From Clostridia bacterium (GTDB lineage: Bacteria > Bacillota > Clostridia > Oscillospirales > CAG-272), in NCBI GenBank assembly GCA_017536475.1, contig JAFXHH010000002.1, forward strand, positions 926-64,925: DNA of 64,000 nt, read 5' to 3'. A program made the translations under genes and the position numbers. Positions 27,441 through 37,186 of this stretch are shown here, piece after piece. The notes beneath the pieces were generated by a model that was not told the origin of the DNA, did not search any database, and saw nothing but the letters and a program-made list of their open reading frames with translations. Positions within the stretch are counted from its first letter, which is position 1. Every line of letters starts with the position of its first letter.

Positions 27441-28688
27441 TTATTTGTCGGTCTCTTCCTTAAAAAGCGCTATCTGTCCTGCAGACAAAAAGAAAGTATA
27501 GGTCTTTGTGTTGCCAACCTTATTCTCTCTCTCTCCAACGGGGTCGGTCAGCGATGTCGGGCGACCAAAGCGGTTGCCAAAATAGCACCTCGATATCTCC
27601 GCACCCTCGTTGATCGTCAAGGATACGCAGGTGGTCGTATCGGTCGTGTTGTTGCATATCGCGAAAAATTTCTCGCCCTCGTCGTTGTGATAGCCCGACG
27701 CGATCAGCGGCACGTTGCCTCTCGATTCGATATTCGCAACACAGCCAAACGGCTTGAACAGCGGCACGCCGCCGTAGGACTCGCAAACGTGATAGCATTC
27801 GTCAAGCGTCAGAGCCGCAAAAACCCTACCGTGATACTCGTTAAATGTCCTGTTGACCTCGCCCAGCGTGTAATACTCGGAAGTTCTCTCGCCGAGCAGA
27901 TTGATCGGCGCGTTTCTGTAATTATGTCCGTCGGGAGTATCGATAATAAACCACGAAACACCCTTCGCGCCGTGCGCGACCGAGGTGTTGAGCTGCCAGA
28001 GAAGATCGTCCTTGGTCGGACACATGTAATCGTAGTGCCCCGTGCAAAGCACGATGTTGTAAAACGGCACGTTGTTCCTCTTGCTTGCAAGGCTCTGCTC
28101 GCGAAGATTGTTGAAATAATCGTTGTAGCCAACCTTATTTGCATACATCTGTGTGTAGCAGTCGTATGAGAGCAGTTTGAGCTCTCCCTCCTTGACCACC
28201 TTATCAAGATAGGGAGCATACTCCTTTGTGCCCATTCTCTCGGCGATCCAATCAAACCACGGTAGCAGATTTATATACGCCGTCAGATGAGGCGCGAGCT
28301 CGTTGTTGATACGGCACGCCTTCAGCGTATCCTCCAGATTGTCCACGTGAGGCTCATCGGTAACGTAAAAGCCAAAGGTCGCAGGGTGCGAGCCAAACTC
28401 GTCAACAAGCTTTTTCATGCTCTCGCGATAATGCTCCTCGCCGTTAACGATCAGATTGTCCACGTTAGCGCCCCAATCCTGAATGATGAGCTTCATTCCA
28501 TGTTTGTGCGCCTCGTCAAGCAGAGCGTGCGTCCTTGACCAATCTTTGCTGTCGCTGTACGCTATCATGAGCGTCAATCCAAGATCATGCCACTCCTTAA
28601 CCACCTCGGCAGGTGAGTGGTTCCGTCCATGGCTGCTCCACGCTCTGCAGCTCCAGCCCGATATCGTAAAATTCTTCGTGTATTCCAT
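27441..28688 (-). CDS. Uncharacterised TIM-barrel glycoside hydrolase-like protein
   Basis: GGAGG RBS; HPATFGFYVTDEP, LLSYDCY, AHGAKGVSWF motifs resemble clan GH-A-like barrels. Confidence 0.6.
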   Translation of the reverse strand: MEYTKNFTISGWSCRAWSSHGRNHSPAEVVKEWHDLGLTLMIAYSDSKDWSRTHALLDEAHKHGMKLIIQDWGANVDNLIVNGEEHYRESMKKLVDEFGSHPATFGFYVTDEPHVDNLEDTLKACRINNELAPHLTAYINLLPWFDWIAERMGTKEYAPYLDKVVKEGELKLLSYDCYTQMYANKVGYNDYFNNLREQSLASKRNNVPFYNIVLCTGHYDYMCPTKDDLLWQLNTSVAHGAKGVSWFIIDTPDGHNYRNAPINLLGERTSEYYTLGEVNRTFNEYHGRVFAALTLDECYHVCESYGGVPLFKPFGCVANIESRGNVPLIASGYHNDEGEKFFAICNNTTDTTTCVSLTINEGAEISRCYFGNRFGRPTSLTDPVGERENKVGNTKTYTFFLSAGQIALFKEETDK

Positions 28689-28738
28689 AAAAAACACCTC
28701 CAAAGCCGAGAAATCGCTGCTTTTAAAAAAATTTTGAT

Positions 28739-29764
28739 TTAAAGTATTTTGCCAAGCGCCTCTATATCTTCCCGTGTGGTCGCCCAGCTCGTCGCAAAAC
28801 GCACCGCGCAATGCTCCGCGTCAACGCGCTCCCAAACCTCAAAGCGTACTAAAGGCTCCAGCTCTGCGATCTTTTCGTCCGAAAGAACGATAAACTGCTG
28901 ATTGGTCGGCGAATTTTTGAAAAATCTGTATCCCTTTTCACAGAAAAGCTGCTTGAGATCCTCCGCGCGATCGATCGCGTTTCTGCTGATCTCAAAATAA
29001 AGCCCATCGGTAAAAAGCACGTCAAACTGAATGCCCAACAGCCTTCCCTTCGCCAAAAGCGCTCCGTTTTGCTTCACGGTAGTGAAAAAATGCTTCGGCG
29101 CATTGTTGTGCGTAAAGACCACCGCCTCGCCGCAAAGCGCGCCCACCTTCGTGCCGCCAATATAGAAAACGTCGCAAAGCTCGGCAATATCGGTAAGCTT
29201 AACGTCGGTCTCGCGGCTCATAAGTCCGTATCCAAGTCTCGCGCCGTCAAGGAATAACGGAATAGAATATCGACGGCAAAGCGCCGAGATCTCCTTCAAT
29301 TCTTCAAGCGTGTAAAGCGTTCCGTACTCGGTCGGATGGGAAATATAGACCATTCCGGGAAAGACCATGTGCTCGTGCGCGCCGTCGGCGTAAAAGCTCT
29401 CTATCAAAGCCTCCGCATCGGCAGCGCGAAGCTTTCCGTCATATCCGGGTACGGTCAACACCTTGTGTCCCGAAGCCTCGATCGCACCCGCCTCGTGAGC
29501 ACTGATGTGCCCCGTCGTCGCGGCTATCACTCCCTCGTAATTCTTTAACATCGAGTCGATCACGATTCGGTTGGTCTGCGTGCCGCCGACAAGAAAACGC
29601 ACGTCCGCATCCTCTCTGCCGCACGCCGCGCGTATTTTCTCGCGAGCCTGCTCTGTGTAAACGTCGTTTCCATAACCCTTGCAAGCCTCCATATTCGTAC
29701 GCACAAGCGCCTCTAATATCCTCGGGTGAGCACCCGTATTGTAATCGCATTCAAAAGATAGCAT
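28739..29764 (-). CDS. ltaE: Low-specificity L-threonine aldolase (beta-eliminating lyase family)
   Basis: GGTQTN, HEAGAIE, TEYGTLY, FLDGARL, IGGTKVG PLP lysine, RFATSWAT. Confidence 0.9.
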   Translation of the reverse strand: MLSFECDYNTGAHPRILEALVRTNMEACKGYGNDVYTEQAREKIRAACGREDADVRFLVGGTQTNRIVIDSMLKNYEGVIAATTGHISAHEAGAIEASGHKVLTVPGYDGKLRAADAEALIESFYADGAHEHMVFPGMVYISHPTEYGTLYTLEELKEISALCRRYSIPLFLDGARLGYGLMSRETDVKLTDIAELCDVFYIGGTKVGALCGEAVVFTHNNAPKHFFTTVKQNGALLAKGRLLGIQFDVLFTDGLYFEISRNAIDRAEDLKQLFCEKGYRFFKNSPTNQQFIVLSDEKIAELEPLVRFEVWERVDAEHCAVRFATSWATTREDIEALGKIL

Positions 29765-29875
29765 ATCTGCCTCCACGTTCATAAAACTATTACATTGATT
29801 TTACCATAAAACCTCACCGTTTGCAACACCAAACAGAAAAAAAGAGCAGACCAAAGTCTGCTCTTTGCATCAATC

Positions 29876-30031
29876 TTACTCCTCGACCTCAAAAGCGTCC
29901 TTGCCAAGACCGCAGACGGGGCACTCGAAGTCCTCGGGAATATCCTCCCAAGCCGTTCCGGGAGCGATGCCGTTGTCGGGATCGCCGATCGCGGGATCAT
30001 ATTCATATCCGCAGGGGCATACGTATTTCAT
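29876..30031 (-). CDS. Rubredoxin (51 aa; not in the ORF track)
   Basis: Translated by hand: [51 protein letters not shown]; AAGGAGG RBS. Confidence 0.95.
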   Translation of the reverse strand: MKYVCPCGYEYDPAIGDPDNGIAPGTAWEDIPEDFECPVCGLGKDAFEVEE

Positions 30032-30127
30032 AGGAAAATCCTCCTTGTTATCATATATATCAGAGATTGTTCCCGCCGAAAAATTATTCTATTCGCACGG
30101 GAAAGTAAATGTTTGTTTCGATTTTAA

Positions 30128-30637
30128 TTACAGAACAAGACTCGGCGCGCTGTAAACTCTGCCCGCATACTCCTGATCGAGAGCATACAATCCCTTAGGA
30201 TCGCTTCCGAAAAGCTTGTAGCGGTTGATCATCGAGTCGGCATTGTCCTCTTCCTCCATCTGCTCGTCAACGAACCAGTCAAGGAACTTCATCGTGCGAT
30301 AATCTCTCGCCTCGTAGCACTCGTGGTAGATCGCGTTGATAAGCGAGGTTACGTATCTCTCGTGCTCTGCCGCTGCCTCAAGAGGACCAAGAATACCCTC
30401 GTATGTCTTGTCGGGTTTAGCGATCGCCTCAAGCGTGACCTTCCAGCCGTTGTTCTGCATATATTTTAAGAACAGAAGGGCGTGATCGCGCTCCTCTTGC
30501 GCCTGGATCATGTAGTAATTAGCATATCCGTCGAGATCGAGCTCGTCGTAATGATTGGCAATATCAACGTAAAGATACGCGCTGTAAAGCTCCTTGTTGA
30601 TCTGTTCGTTAAGCAGTGCCTTTATCTTATCGTTCAT
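30128..30637 (-). CDS. ftnA: Non-heme ferritin
   Basis: LNEQINKELYSAYLY, QAQEERDHA, HERYVT, FLDWFVDEQMEEE. Confidence 0.93.
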   Translation of the reverse strand: MNDKIKALLNEQINKELYSAYLYVDIANHYDELDLDGYANYYMIQAQEERDHALLFLKYMQNNGWKVTLEAIAKPDKTYEGILGPLEAAAEHERYVTSLINAIYHECYEARDYRTMKFLDWFVDEQMEEEDNADSMINRYKLFGSDPKGLYALDQEYAGRVYSAPSLVL

Positions 30638-30663
30638 AATAATCTCCCTTCTAATTTTTTATT

Positions 30664-30727
30664 TAAAGTTTTTGAGGGGAGCGCGAGGGGAACTTTTTTC
30701 AAAAAGTTCCCCTCGCGCCGCGTCCCA
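30664..30727. repeat. REP-like palindromic element
   Basis: AAAGTTTTTG..GCGCGAGGGGAACTTTTT-tc-AAAAAGTTCCCCTCGCGC. Confidence 0.65.
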
Positions 30728-30731
30728 TCAA

Positions 30732-31277
30732 TCAACCAAAGTATCTAGCAAGCAGACCCTCGAAAGCCTTGCCGTGTCTTGCCTCGTCGCGAGCCATCTC
30801 ATGAACGGTGTCATGAATAGCGTCGAGATTAAGCTGCTTAGCCATCTTAGCGAGCTCGAACTTGCCCTGAGTTGCGCCGTTCTCTGCTTCAACGCGGAGC
30901 TCAAGGTTCTTCTTGGTAGAATCGGTAACGACCTCACCGAGAAGCTCAGCAAACTTTGCAGCGTGCTCTGCCTCCTCCCAAGCAGCCTTTTCCCAGTAAA
31001 GACCGATCTCGGGATAGCCCTCTCTGTGAGCAACTCTTGCCATAGCGAGATACATACCAACCTCGGTGCACTCGCCCATGAAGTTAGCGCGAAGACCCTC
31101 CATGATCTCCTCGGGAGCGCCCTGAGCAACGCCAACTACGTGCTCTGCAGCCCACATTCTCTCCTCTTCCTTAACCTCGTTGAACTTCTCGGCAGGAACC
31201 TTGCACTGGGGGCATCTCTCGGGAGCAGAATCACCTTCGTGAACGTAACCGCAAACAGAACATACAAACTTTTTCAT
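30732..31277 (-). CDS. Reverse rubrerythrin (NADH peroxidase)
   Basis: N-terminal [14 protein letters not shown] rubredoxin-like domain followed by diiron EEAEHA / DEARHG. Confidence 0.93.
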   Translation of the reverse strand: MKKFVCSVCGYVHEGDSAPERCPQCKVPAEKFNEVKEEERMWAAEHVVGVAQGAPEEIMEGLRANFMGECTEVGMYLAMARVAHREGYPEIGLYWEKAAWEEAEHAAKFAELLGEVVTDSTKKNLELRVEAENGATQGKFELAKMAKQLNLDAIHDTVHEMARDEARHGKAFEGLLARYFG

Positions 31278-31314
31278 AATCAAAATCTCCTTTTAAGTAA
31301 ATAAAAAATATTTT

Positions 31315-31758
31315 TTAGTTTTTTATAATATCGGCTATATCGGCGTGACTCACGTTTTTGTCGTGAAGCATCCTCACCGTTATAGAACCGAGATTTTCAA
31401 TGAGCTTGTCGTTTATCGCATCAAACGCGACGTGCATCTTGCAATCAAGCTTGCAGGGGTTTCGCGAGCACTCGTGATCGCATTCGAGACATTTCGAGAT
31501 CCGCACAGGCCCGTCGATCAGCTCAATGATCTCAAGCACCTTTATCTCGTCGCCCGAGCGCGTCAGCTCGTATCCTCCCTGAACACCCTTGTAAGACCTG
31601 ACGTACCCTGCCGTGTTCAGCTTGCGCAGAACCTTCAGCGCGATCTTCGGAGTAATGCAGGCGATGTCGGCCAAGGTTGCCGCGCCCGTTTTCTCTCCTA
31701 TACTGTCAAGGATCAGACACATTCGGATGGCATAGTCGGCTTCTTGTGTAACCCTCAT
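31315..31758 (-). CDS. Rrf2-family transcriptional regulator
   Basis: TQEADYAIR, SYKGVQGGYEL, Cys-rich CLECDHECSRNPCKLDC. Confidence 0.9.
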   Translation of the reverse strand: MRVTQEADYAIRMCLILDSIGEKTGAATLADIACITPKIALKVLRKLNTAGYVRSYKGVQGGYELTRSGDEIKVLEIIELIDGPVRISKCLECDHECSRNPCKLDCKMHVAFDAINDKLIENLGSITVRMLHDKNVSHADIADIIKN

Positions 31759-31779
31759 ATTGACTTGCCCTCCTTTTCG

Positions 31780-31884
31780 AATGTCTACCTCTCGGGTACA
31801 CATTGATTATAACACATCAAAAACGACTTGTCAATAGGTTTTTGAAAAAAATTTCAAAAAATTTTTACTAAATCGGTACACATT
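31780..31884 (-). promoter_or_regulatory. Promoter with two candidate Rrf2 operators
   Basis: Minus-strand TTGACA-17 nt-TATAAT at about 31806-31834; AATGTGTACC-CGAGA-GGTAGACATT (31780-31804) and AATGTGTACCGATTTAGTAAAAAT (31861-31884). Confidence 0.6.
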
Positions 31885-31962
31885 CGTAAACCCCTTATAG
31901 AATAAGGCTTTTCAAAACACAAAAAGAGAGCCAAATCATAGATTTGCTCTCTTTTGTTATTA

Positions 31963-33126
31963 TCAGCTCTCTAAAAGTGCCTTTTTGTCGAATCTGAACT
32001 GACGAATGCATCTGTTCCCTTCACCAAGTGAGTCGAACGAGACCAATGTGCCGTCGGGATTGAATCGGTCGTGCAGATCGCATCTGCAATCGGTGTTTCC
32101 CGTGTCCTTGGAGTAAATGCTGGCGATCTTGACGCTCCTCTCGGTCTCAAAATCGTAAAGCATAATGTCTCTGTACGGCGTTTTTTCGGGATAACCGTCA
32201 CCGATAAAGCAACTCCTATCGGGATGATATATGCAGTGAATATCCGCGCGATCGATTGCAGGGTCGCCAAGCAAACGACAAACGCCCGTAATATCATCAA
32301 TAAAATATATGCCCCACTCGGGAAGCTGCGCGTAGATCATTATCTCGCGGTCATTTTTCCAATGATAATGAGAATTTCCGCAATAATTAGTCAGATTTCT
32401 CATTTCCGACCCGTCGCGGTTGGCGGTGACGAGAATAGTCCCCCACTTGTCCCCCGCTTTTTCGGGAAAATCGCGAAGCAAGAACAAAAATCTCGAAGCA
32501 GACGGATTAAACGTAATGTGATTGACCACAAGCTTTCGGTCACAGTGCGGCTTTTCGGGAAACGCCTTGCTGAGCTGCTTGTAGCTGATGATCAGTCTTG
32601 AGGTGTTGTTCTCAACGTCAACAAGAAAAATTCCGTCGTCCTCGGGAGCATTCTCATCATAATGACGGTCTCGGTAGTTGCAATAGCCGTAGCCCGGACG
32701 AAAATTCCAAATTCTCGGGAAGTTGATCGAAAGCCCCTAGCGCCTGTCAAGCGAAAGATGCGCAAGCGGAGCGCACAAAACACGCTCCTCACCGCTCTTG
32801 ATGTTCTTGATCACACTGCAAAATTCGCCGTCTCTATAATCGTTGTAAATAACGCTCTCGTCGTCAAACCACTGCAGCAGACTGCCCTGCTGAAAATTCC
32901 ACGCGCGACTCTCGGCAACCTTGTGAAACCTTTTGTCATCAAGCGTTATGTAACCGATCTCTACAATGTCGTCCGCATTCGGTATCCTGTCGTGAAACCT
33001 CACACGGTGCGCAAGATGCCGCTTCGAGTCCTTGTCGTAAGGCTGAAGATCGTAATACGCAAAAAAATAGTCAAATTCATCATCGGGACTTATAGTCTCT
33101 ATCTCAACTCTCGAAAATTCCGCCAT
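31963..33126 (-). pseudogene. Beta-propeller (oligogalacturonate-lyase/TolB-like) protein interrupted by one in-frame TAG at 32737-32739
   Basis: The two ORF-track pieces are in the same frame and read ...LSLDRR*GLSINFPRIWNFRPGYGY...KLVVNHITFNP...RCDLH; GGAGG RBS. Confidence 0.8.
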
Positions 33127-33249
33127 TTCGTCCTCCTTGAAGTCATTTTGACTTCCATTATACACATTATACCGCATTTTTCTCGCCACTTCAACCACTT
33201 TTCTAAAAACTCCCGCTTTTCGTATAACAAACACTGCCGTCCTTCTCTT

Positions 33250-33394
33250 TCCCGAAAAGTTTTTGGAGTGGGTAGGGGGTGTTGCACAGCAAGCTGTGCT
33301 GCGAGTTTTGCTCGCAAAACATCGCTACGCTGTCGGCAAAGCCGACAAGCTAGGGGGAGAGGGCGGCTTTTCCAAAAAGTCACCCTCTCCCCCT
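33250..33394. repeat. REP/MITE-like multi-hairpin element
   Basis: AAAGTTTTTG start, several short hairpins, terminal AGGGGGAGAGGG..TTTTCCAAAAAG..CCCTCTCCCCCT; resembles the 30664 element. Confidence 0.65.
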
Positions 33395-33423
33395 AAATTA
33401 ATCCTTTATCTTACTGTGCCGCA

Positions 33424-34722
33424 TCAACCAAAGAAATATATATCGGACGCCCCGGAGTCGTAAATTACTCCCGTTTTTGGATAGTCACCCAATATTCTTT
33501 TAACGTCGGATTGCGAAACGAATTGATTTCCGGCTCTCGTAGGTATCTCTCCGTATATAGCACGGTAGATCATGTGCGCGCCTACATATCCTGCCATGGG
33601 AGTGCTGTGCAAATGCTGATCGTCAATACAGAAATCCCATTTATTTCCGCCATTGTCGATAAAGGCCTGCACCTCATCCTTCCAATTAAGAAGATAGACT
33701 CCTTTAACCCTTTTATGAGCATATTTTACAGATCCCGCTTGCTCGTTGTGTGCCGGGAACATAACGAGAGCAGTTTCCGAAGCGTCGCAAGCCTCCTTCA
33801 AAACCGCAAGATGCGTTGCCTGATCGTTGCTGTAAAAGCCGCAAATAAACACCGCGCCGTACATCCCGCTTCTGATGTCATCCATAATAAGCTCATCGTA
33901 AGCGAAGGTTTCAACGAGAGCGTATCCGATGGATATGTGATCCACAACTGTATGCTTCCCGTTTCGGTCGATCATTTCCTGCAAAATGCTTCCGACCCTT
34001 GACGAGTGGATAAAGCTGTTTCCCAAAATAAGAACCCTGTCAGCGTTGCTATTTTCTATATCGATAATACCAAACTGAGGATCAGATCCTACCTTTTTGA
34101 ATTGCGCGTATGTCTTTATCTTGTTTATGGCTGCCTCGCTGAGCTCCTGATAGTCGACCGTGAGAGCTATCCTTTGCGTCTCGTCGTTTACAGAAAAGTC
34201 AAAACAGATGCGATGCCTGTATGCTCCGCTTGAAACAGACTTTTCAATACTTATACTAATGTCCTGTTCGCCCGAATCCTCGGAGTAATTAGACAACTCC
34301 TTCCAATCGGAGTCCTTGCCGTCCGAGCCGAAAATAACTTCGCCGATATGTCTGCCGTTGGTGTATATATTGAAGATGCTTTTGGATTGCTTTTCAAATC
34401 TCCAATCCTCAGGCATACGTAAGGATAGCCCAAACGCGCTTCCGTCCGCCGCAAAGCAGCTGGTTATATAATCCTTCGGCTCAACTCTGTCTATTTCAAG
34501 ATAACCCGTATCAGACTCGGCAGTCTCGGTTTCCGTCAGAGTAGTTTCAGCCCCTGTCTCATCAATCGTCCCGACGGTCGTTTCGATCCCGTCGCCATCG
34601 CCCGAGCCGATACCGCAGGAGCAGAGCAACAGGACAACAAGCAACAAAGCTGCGAAAACACTTTTTGTCATTTTCGCAGCCATAGCCTTTGTTATATGCT
34701 TATTATAAAATACCGCTTTCAT
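33424..34722 (-). CDS. Lipoprotein with C-terminal SGNH-hydrolase-like domain
   Basis: LLLCSC lipobox, Thr/Glu linker, VLILGNSF and DDQHLHS motifs; start uncertain (34683 or 34671 possible). Confidence 0.7.
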   Translation of the reverse strand: MKAVFYNKHITKAMAAKMTKSVFAALLLVVLLLCSCGIGSGDGDGIETTVGTIDETGAETTLTETETAESDTGYLEIDRVEPKDYITSCFAADGSAFGLSLRMPEDWRFEKQSKSIFNIYTNGRHIGEVIFGSDGKDSDWKELSNYSEDSGEQDISISIEKSVSSGAYRHRICFDFSVNDETQRIALTVDYQELSEAAINKIKTYAQFKKVGSDPQFGIIDIENSNADRVLILGNSFIHSSRVGSILQEMIDRNGKHTVVDHISIGYALVETFAYDELIMDDIRSGMYGAVFICGFYSNDQATHLAVLKEACDASETALVMFPAHNEQAGSVKYAHKRVKGVYLLNWKDEVQAFIDNGGNKWDFCIDDQHLHSTPMAGYVGAHMIYRAIYGEIPTRAGNQFVSQSDVKRILGDYPKTGVIYDSGASDIYFFG

Positions 34723-34746
34723 CAGTAAATATCAAAAAATCTCAAA

Positions 34747-35502
34747 TCACTGTGCCGCTTCAACGATAGCCGCGAAAGCCGCAGACTTGAGCGATGCGCC
34801 GCCGATAAGACCGCCGTCAACGTTCTCCTTGGAAAGAAGCTCTGCAGCGTTCTTGTCGTTCATAGATCCGCCGTACTGAACGGTAGTAGCCTCTGCAACA
34901 GACGCTCCGAACATCTCGGCAACCGCCGCGCGAACGTAACCGTTACCCTCGTCAGCCTGATCAGCGGTAGCGGTAACACCCGTACCGATAGCCCAAACGG
35001 GCTCGTAAGCGATGATAACGTTCTTCATCTGCTCTGCAGTAACGTTTGTAAGCGCCATCTTGGTCTGGAACTTAAGAAGAGTCTCGGTGTAGCCAAGCTC
35101 TCTCTGCTCAAGAGTCTCACCAACGCAAACGATAGCCTTCAGACCTGCGTTAAGAGCCGCAAGAGTGCGGAGGTTAACGGTCTGATCGGTCTCGCCAAAG
35201 TACTGTCTTCTCTCGGAGTGACCGATAACAACGTACTCAACGCCTGCCTCAACGAGCATCTCTGCGGAGATCTCGCCGGTGTAAGCGCCCGATGCCTTGA
35301 AGTGAACGTTCTCCGCACCGATCTTTATGTTAGAGCCTGCAGCAGCCTCGATTGCCGCGGGAACGTCGATCGCGGGTACGCAAAGTACCACGTCGCAGTT
35401 GTCCTTGCCTGCAACGAGAGGCTTCATTTCCTCAATAAGCGCCTTTGCCTTATTGGGAGTCATATTCATTTTCCAGTTTCCTGCAATTACGTATCTTCTC
35501 AT
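34747..35502 (-). CDS. tpiA: Triosephosphate isomerase
   Basis: AGNWKMN, GHSERR, AYEPVWAIGTG, YGGS, GGLIGGASL. Confidence 0.98.
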   Translation of the reverse strand: MRRYVIAGNWKMNMTPNKAKALIEEMKPLVAGKDNCDVVLCVPAIDVPAAIEAAAGSNIKIGAENVHFKASGAYTGEISAEMLVEAGVEYVVIGHSERRQYFGETDQTVNLRTLAALNAGLKAIVCVGETLEQRELGYTETLLKFQTKMALTNVTAEQMKNVIIAYEPVWAIGTGVTATADQADEGNGYVRAAVAEMFGASVAEATTVQYGGSMNDKNAAELLSKENVDGGLIGGASLKSAAFAAIVEAAQ

Positions 35503-35525
35503 TTTAAAATATCCTCATTATGTAT

Positions 35526-35700
35526 TTTTTGAAAGTTTCGCTCAAGCCTTTTCAAAGGCTTGGCTGAGCCGCCGAGCTCGGCGGTCGCTCGTCGCAACGA
35601 GCGAAAATCCCCTATCCTTTCTAAGCGCCACGGAGGGGGAATTTCCAAAGCTTATCAAGCTTTGGAAAGGGGGAACCACACAAGTGGGGGGTTCCCCTTT
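35526..35700. repeat. REP/MITE-like multi-hairpin element between pgk and tpiA
   Basis: Stacked palindromes CAAGCCTTT-tc-AAAGGCTTG, CCGCCGAGCTCGGCGG, TTTCCAAAGCTT-atc-AAGCTTTGGAAA. Confidence 0.65.
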
Positions 35701-35714
35701 CATCTGCATATATC

Positions 35715-37034
35715 TTACTTATCCTGAAGTGCTGCGATTCCGGGCAGCTCAAGTCCCTCAAGGAACTCGAGAGAAGCTCCGCCGCCGGTGGAAATGTGGG
35801 TGATTCTGTCAGCAAATCCGAGAGTCTCACAAGCCGCCGCAGAGTCGCCACCGCCAACGATAGTTGTAGCATCGCTGTCAGCAAGAGCCTGAGCAACCGC
35901 AATAGTTCCCTTTGCGAGAGTGGGGTTCTCGAAAACGCCCATAGGACCGTTCCAAACGACAGTCTTTGCAGCCTTGACCGCATTTGCGTAAAGCTCCATA
36001 GTCTTTGTACCGATATCAAGACCCTCCTTGTCAGCAGGGATCTTGTCAGCATCTACGATCTCAACGTCAACGGGAGCGTCGATGGGGTTCGGGAAACCAT
36101 CAGCAACAGTGGTATCGATGGGAAGAAGAAGCTGAACGCCGTTAGCCTCTGCCTTAGCCATCATTTCCTTGCAGTAGTCGATCTTCTCAGTGTCAAGCAG
36201 AGAGTTACCTACGCCGTAGCCCTTAGCCGCGAGGAAGGTGTACGCCATACCGCCGCCGATGATGAGGGTGTCGACCTTGCCGAGAAGGTTGTTGATAACG
36301 TTGAGCTTGTCGGAAACCTTTGCGCCGCCGAGAATAGCAACGAAGGGTCTTTCGGGATCTGCGAGAGCCTTACCCATAACGCCGATCTCCTTGCCGATAA
36401 GATAACCGCAAACTGCGGGAAGATAAGCCGCAACACCTGCAGTGGATGCGTGTGCACGGTGAGCAGTACCGAACGCGTCGTTAACGTAGAGGCCGCCCTC
36501 GCCGCAAAGATCAGCAAGTGCCTTTGCAAATTCAGGCTTGTTCTTCTCCTCGCCTGCGTCGAAACGAACGTTCTCGAGAAGCACGCAGGTTCCGTTTTCC
36601 ATAGCCGCGATCTTCGCCTTGGCATCGTCGCCGATGATATCGGTAGCGTGAACTACCTTGCCGTCGAGATATTCGTTGAGCTTGTCCGCAACGATCTTGA
36701 GGGAGAACTTCTTGACGTCCTTCTTTGCCTTTTCAAGATACTCCGCGGTAGCCGCAGCCTGCTCGGACTCGGGAAGCTCTGCAACCTTCTTAAGCTCCTT
36801 CTTGGTGAGCTTGAAATCAGGGGTGAATACGTTGTGAGGCTTGCCCATGTGGGAAGCAAGAATAACCTTTGCGCCCTTAGCCATAAGGTACTTGATCGTA
36901 GGAAGCGCCTCAACGATTCTCTTGTCAGAGGTGATAACGCCATCCTTGCTGGGTACGTTGAAATCGCAGCGAACGAACACCTTTGTGCCGGGATTGATAA
37001 CAACGTCTTCAATAGACTTCTTGTTGTAGGTCAT
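35715..37034 (-). CDS. pgk: Phosphoglycerate kinase
   Basis: [55 protein letters not shown]. Confidence 0.98.
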   Translation of the reverse strand: MTYNKKSIEDVVINPGTKVFVRCDFNVPSKDGVITSDKRIVEALPTIKYLMAKGAKVILASHMGKPHNVFTPDFKLTKKELKKVAELPESEQAAATAEYLEKAKKDVKKFSLKIVADKLNEYLDGKVVHATDIIGDDAKAKIAAMENGTCVLLENVRFDAGEEKNKPEFAKALADLCGEGGLYVNDAFGTAHRAHASTAGVAAYLPAVCGYLIGKEIGVMGKALADPERPFVAILGGAKVSDKLNVINNLLGKVDTLIIGGGMAYTFLAAKGYGVGNSLLDTEKIDYCKEMMAKAEANGVQLLLPIDTTVADGFPNPIDAPVDVEIVDADKIPADKEGLDIGTKTMELYANAVKAAKTVVWNGPMGVFENPTLAKGTIAVAQALADSDATTIVGGGDSAAACETLGFADRITHISTGGGASLEFLEGLELPGIAALQDK

Positions 37035-37186
37035 GATAAATTCCGCCTTTCTTATTTTGATCGGCATTTCGCCAAAATTTTTACCAAATTATAGTTTACC
37101 ACAAATTTATATATTTATCAAGTGGTAGAAAGTAAATTTTTGCGTCTAGACGACGATTTTTTTGTTGCAGATTGCCAAATACCCCG

